DNA of 64,000 nt from NCBI RefSeq assembly GCF_009914755.1, contig NC_060926.1. One strand, written 5' to 3'. The DNA is from the human T2T-CHM13v2.0 reference genome, Homo sapiens. Under the pieces are notes generated by a model, which searched no databases, was not told where the DNA came from, and saw nothing but the letters and a program-made list of their open reading frames with translations. Below are positions 63,790-64,000 of the stretch, piece after piece; the stretch's first letter is position 1; each line of letters starts with the position of its first letter. Made by a program: the position numbers and the translations under genes.

Positions 63790-63900
63790 TTGTTGATTTA
63801 ACAAATATTTATTGAATGTATTGCATATTAGGCTCTGTTTTCTTGTGCTAAAATACTGCAACAAATATAGTAGATAAAGCTCTGCCCTCAGTTGTTTAGA
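63790..63900 (-). mobile_element. L2 3'-end fragment
   Basis: ttaacaaatatttattgaatg...aggctctgtt...ctctgccctca. Confidence 0.55.
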
Positions 63901-64000
63901 CAGACAATGATTTGATCGGAGCGTGATATGTTAAACTTTCAAGTTAAAGCTAACGTGAATCAACTGCCTACAATGGGCAGGTTGAAATCATAGGTGCTCT

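Overview
This window is eukaryotic DNA from a hominid primate (human or great ape, judged from AluY and L1PA2 elements). It is AT-rich and repeat-dense, either intergenic or deep-intronic, and I cannot recognise any host protein-coding exon, RNA gene or prokaryotic system. All long ORFs belong to LINE-1. The dominant structure is a nested stack at 9.8-25.4 kb: a full-length L1PA2 sits inside a truncated L1PA4/5-like element, which sits inside an old L1MA that also carries MER9 and THE1 LTRs. The rest holds about 9 Alus, several solo LTRs, a deleted two-LTR MER61-type provirus and DNA-transposon fossils. The least explained signals cluster at 51.8-55.1 kb. There is a ~290-bp inverted duplication (~89% identity by manual alignment) of apparently non-repeat sequence. 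An L1PA2 is inserted at the inner edge of its right arm and carries a 28-bp 3' transduction plus a copy of its own tail at the 5' junction. Subfamily names are from recalled consensus features, not a database search, and boundaries of old elements are approximate. I found no evidence for a wholly new gene system.
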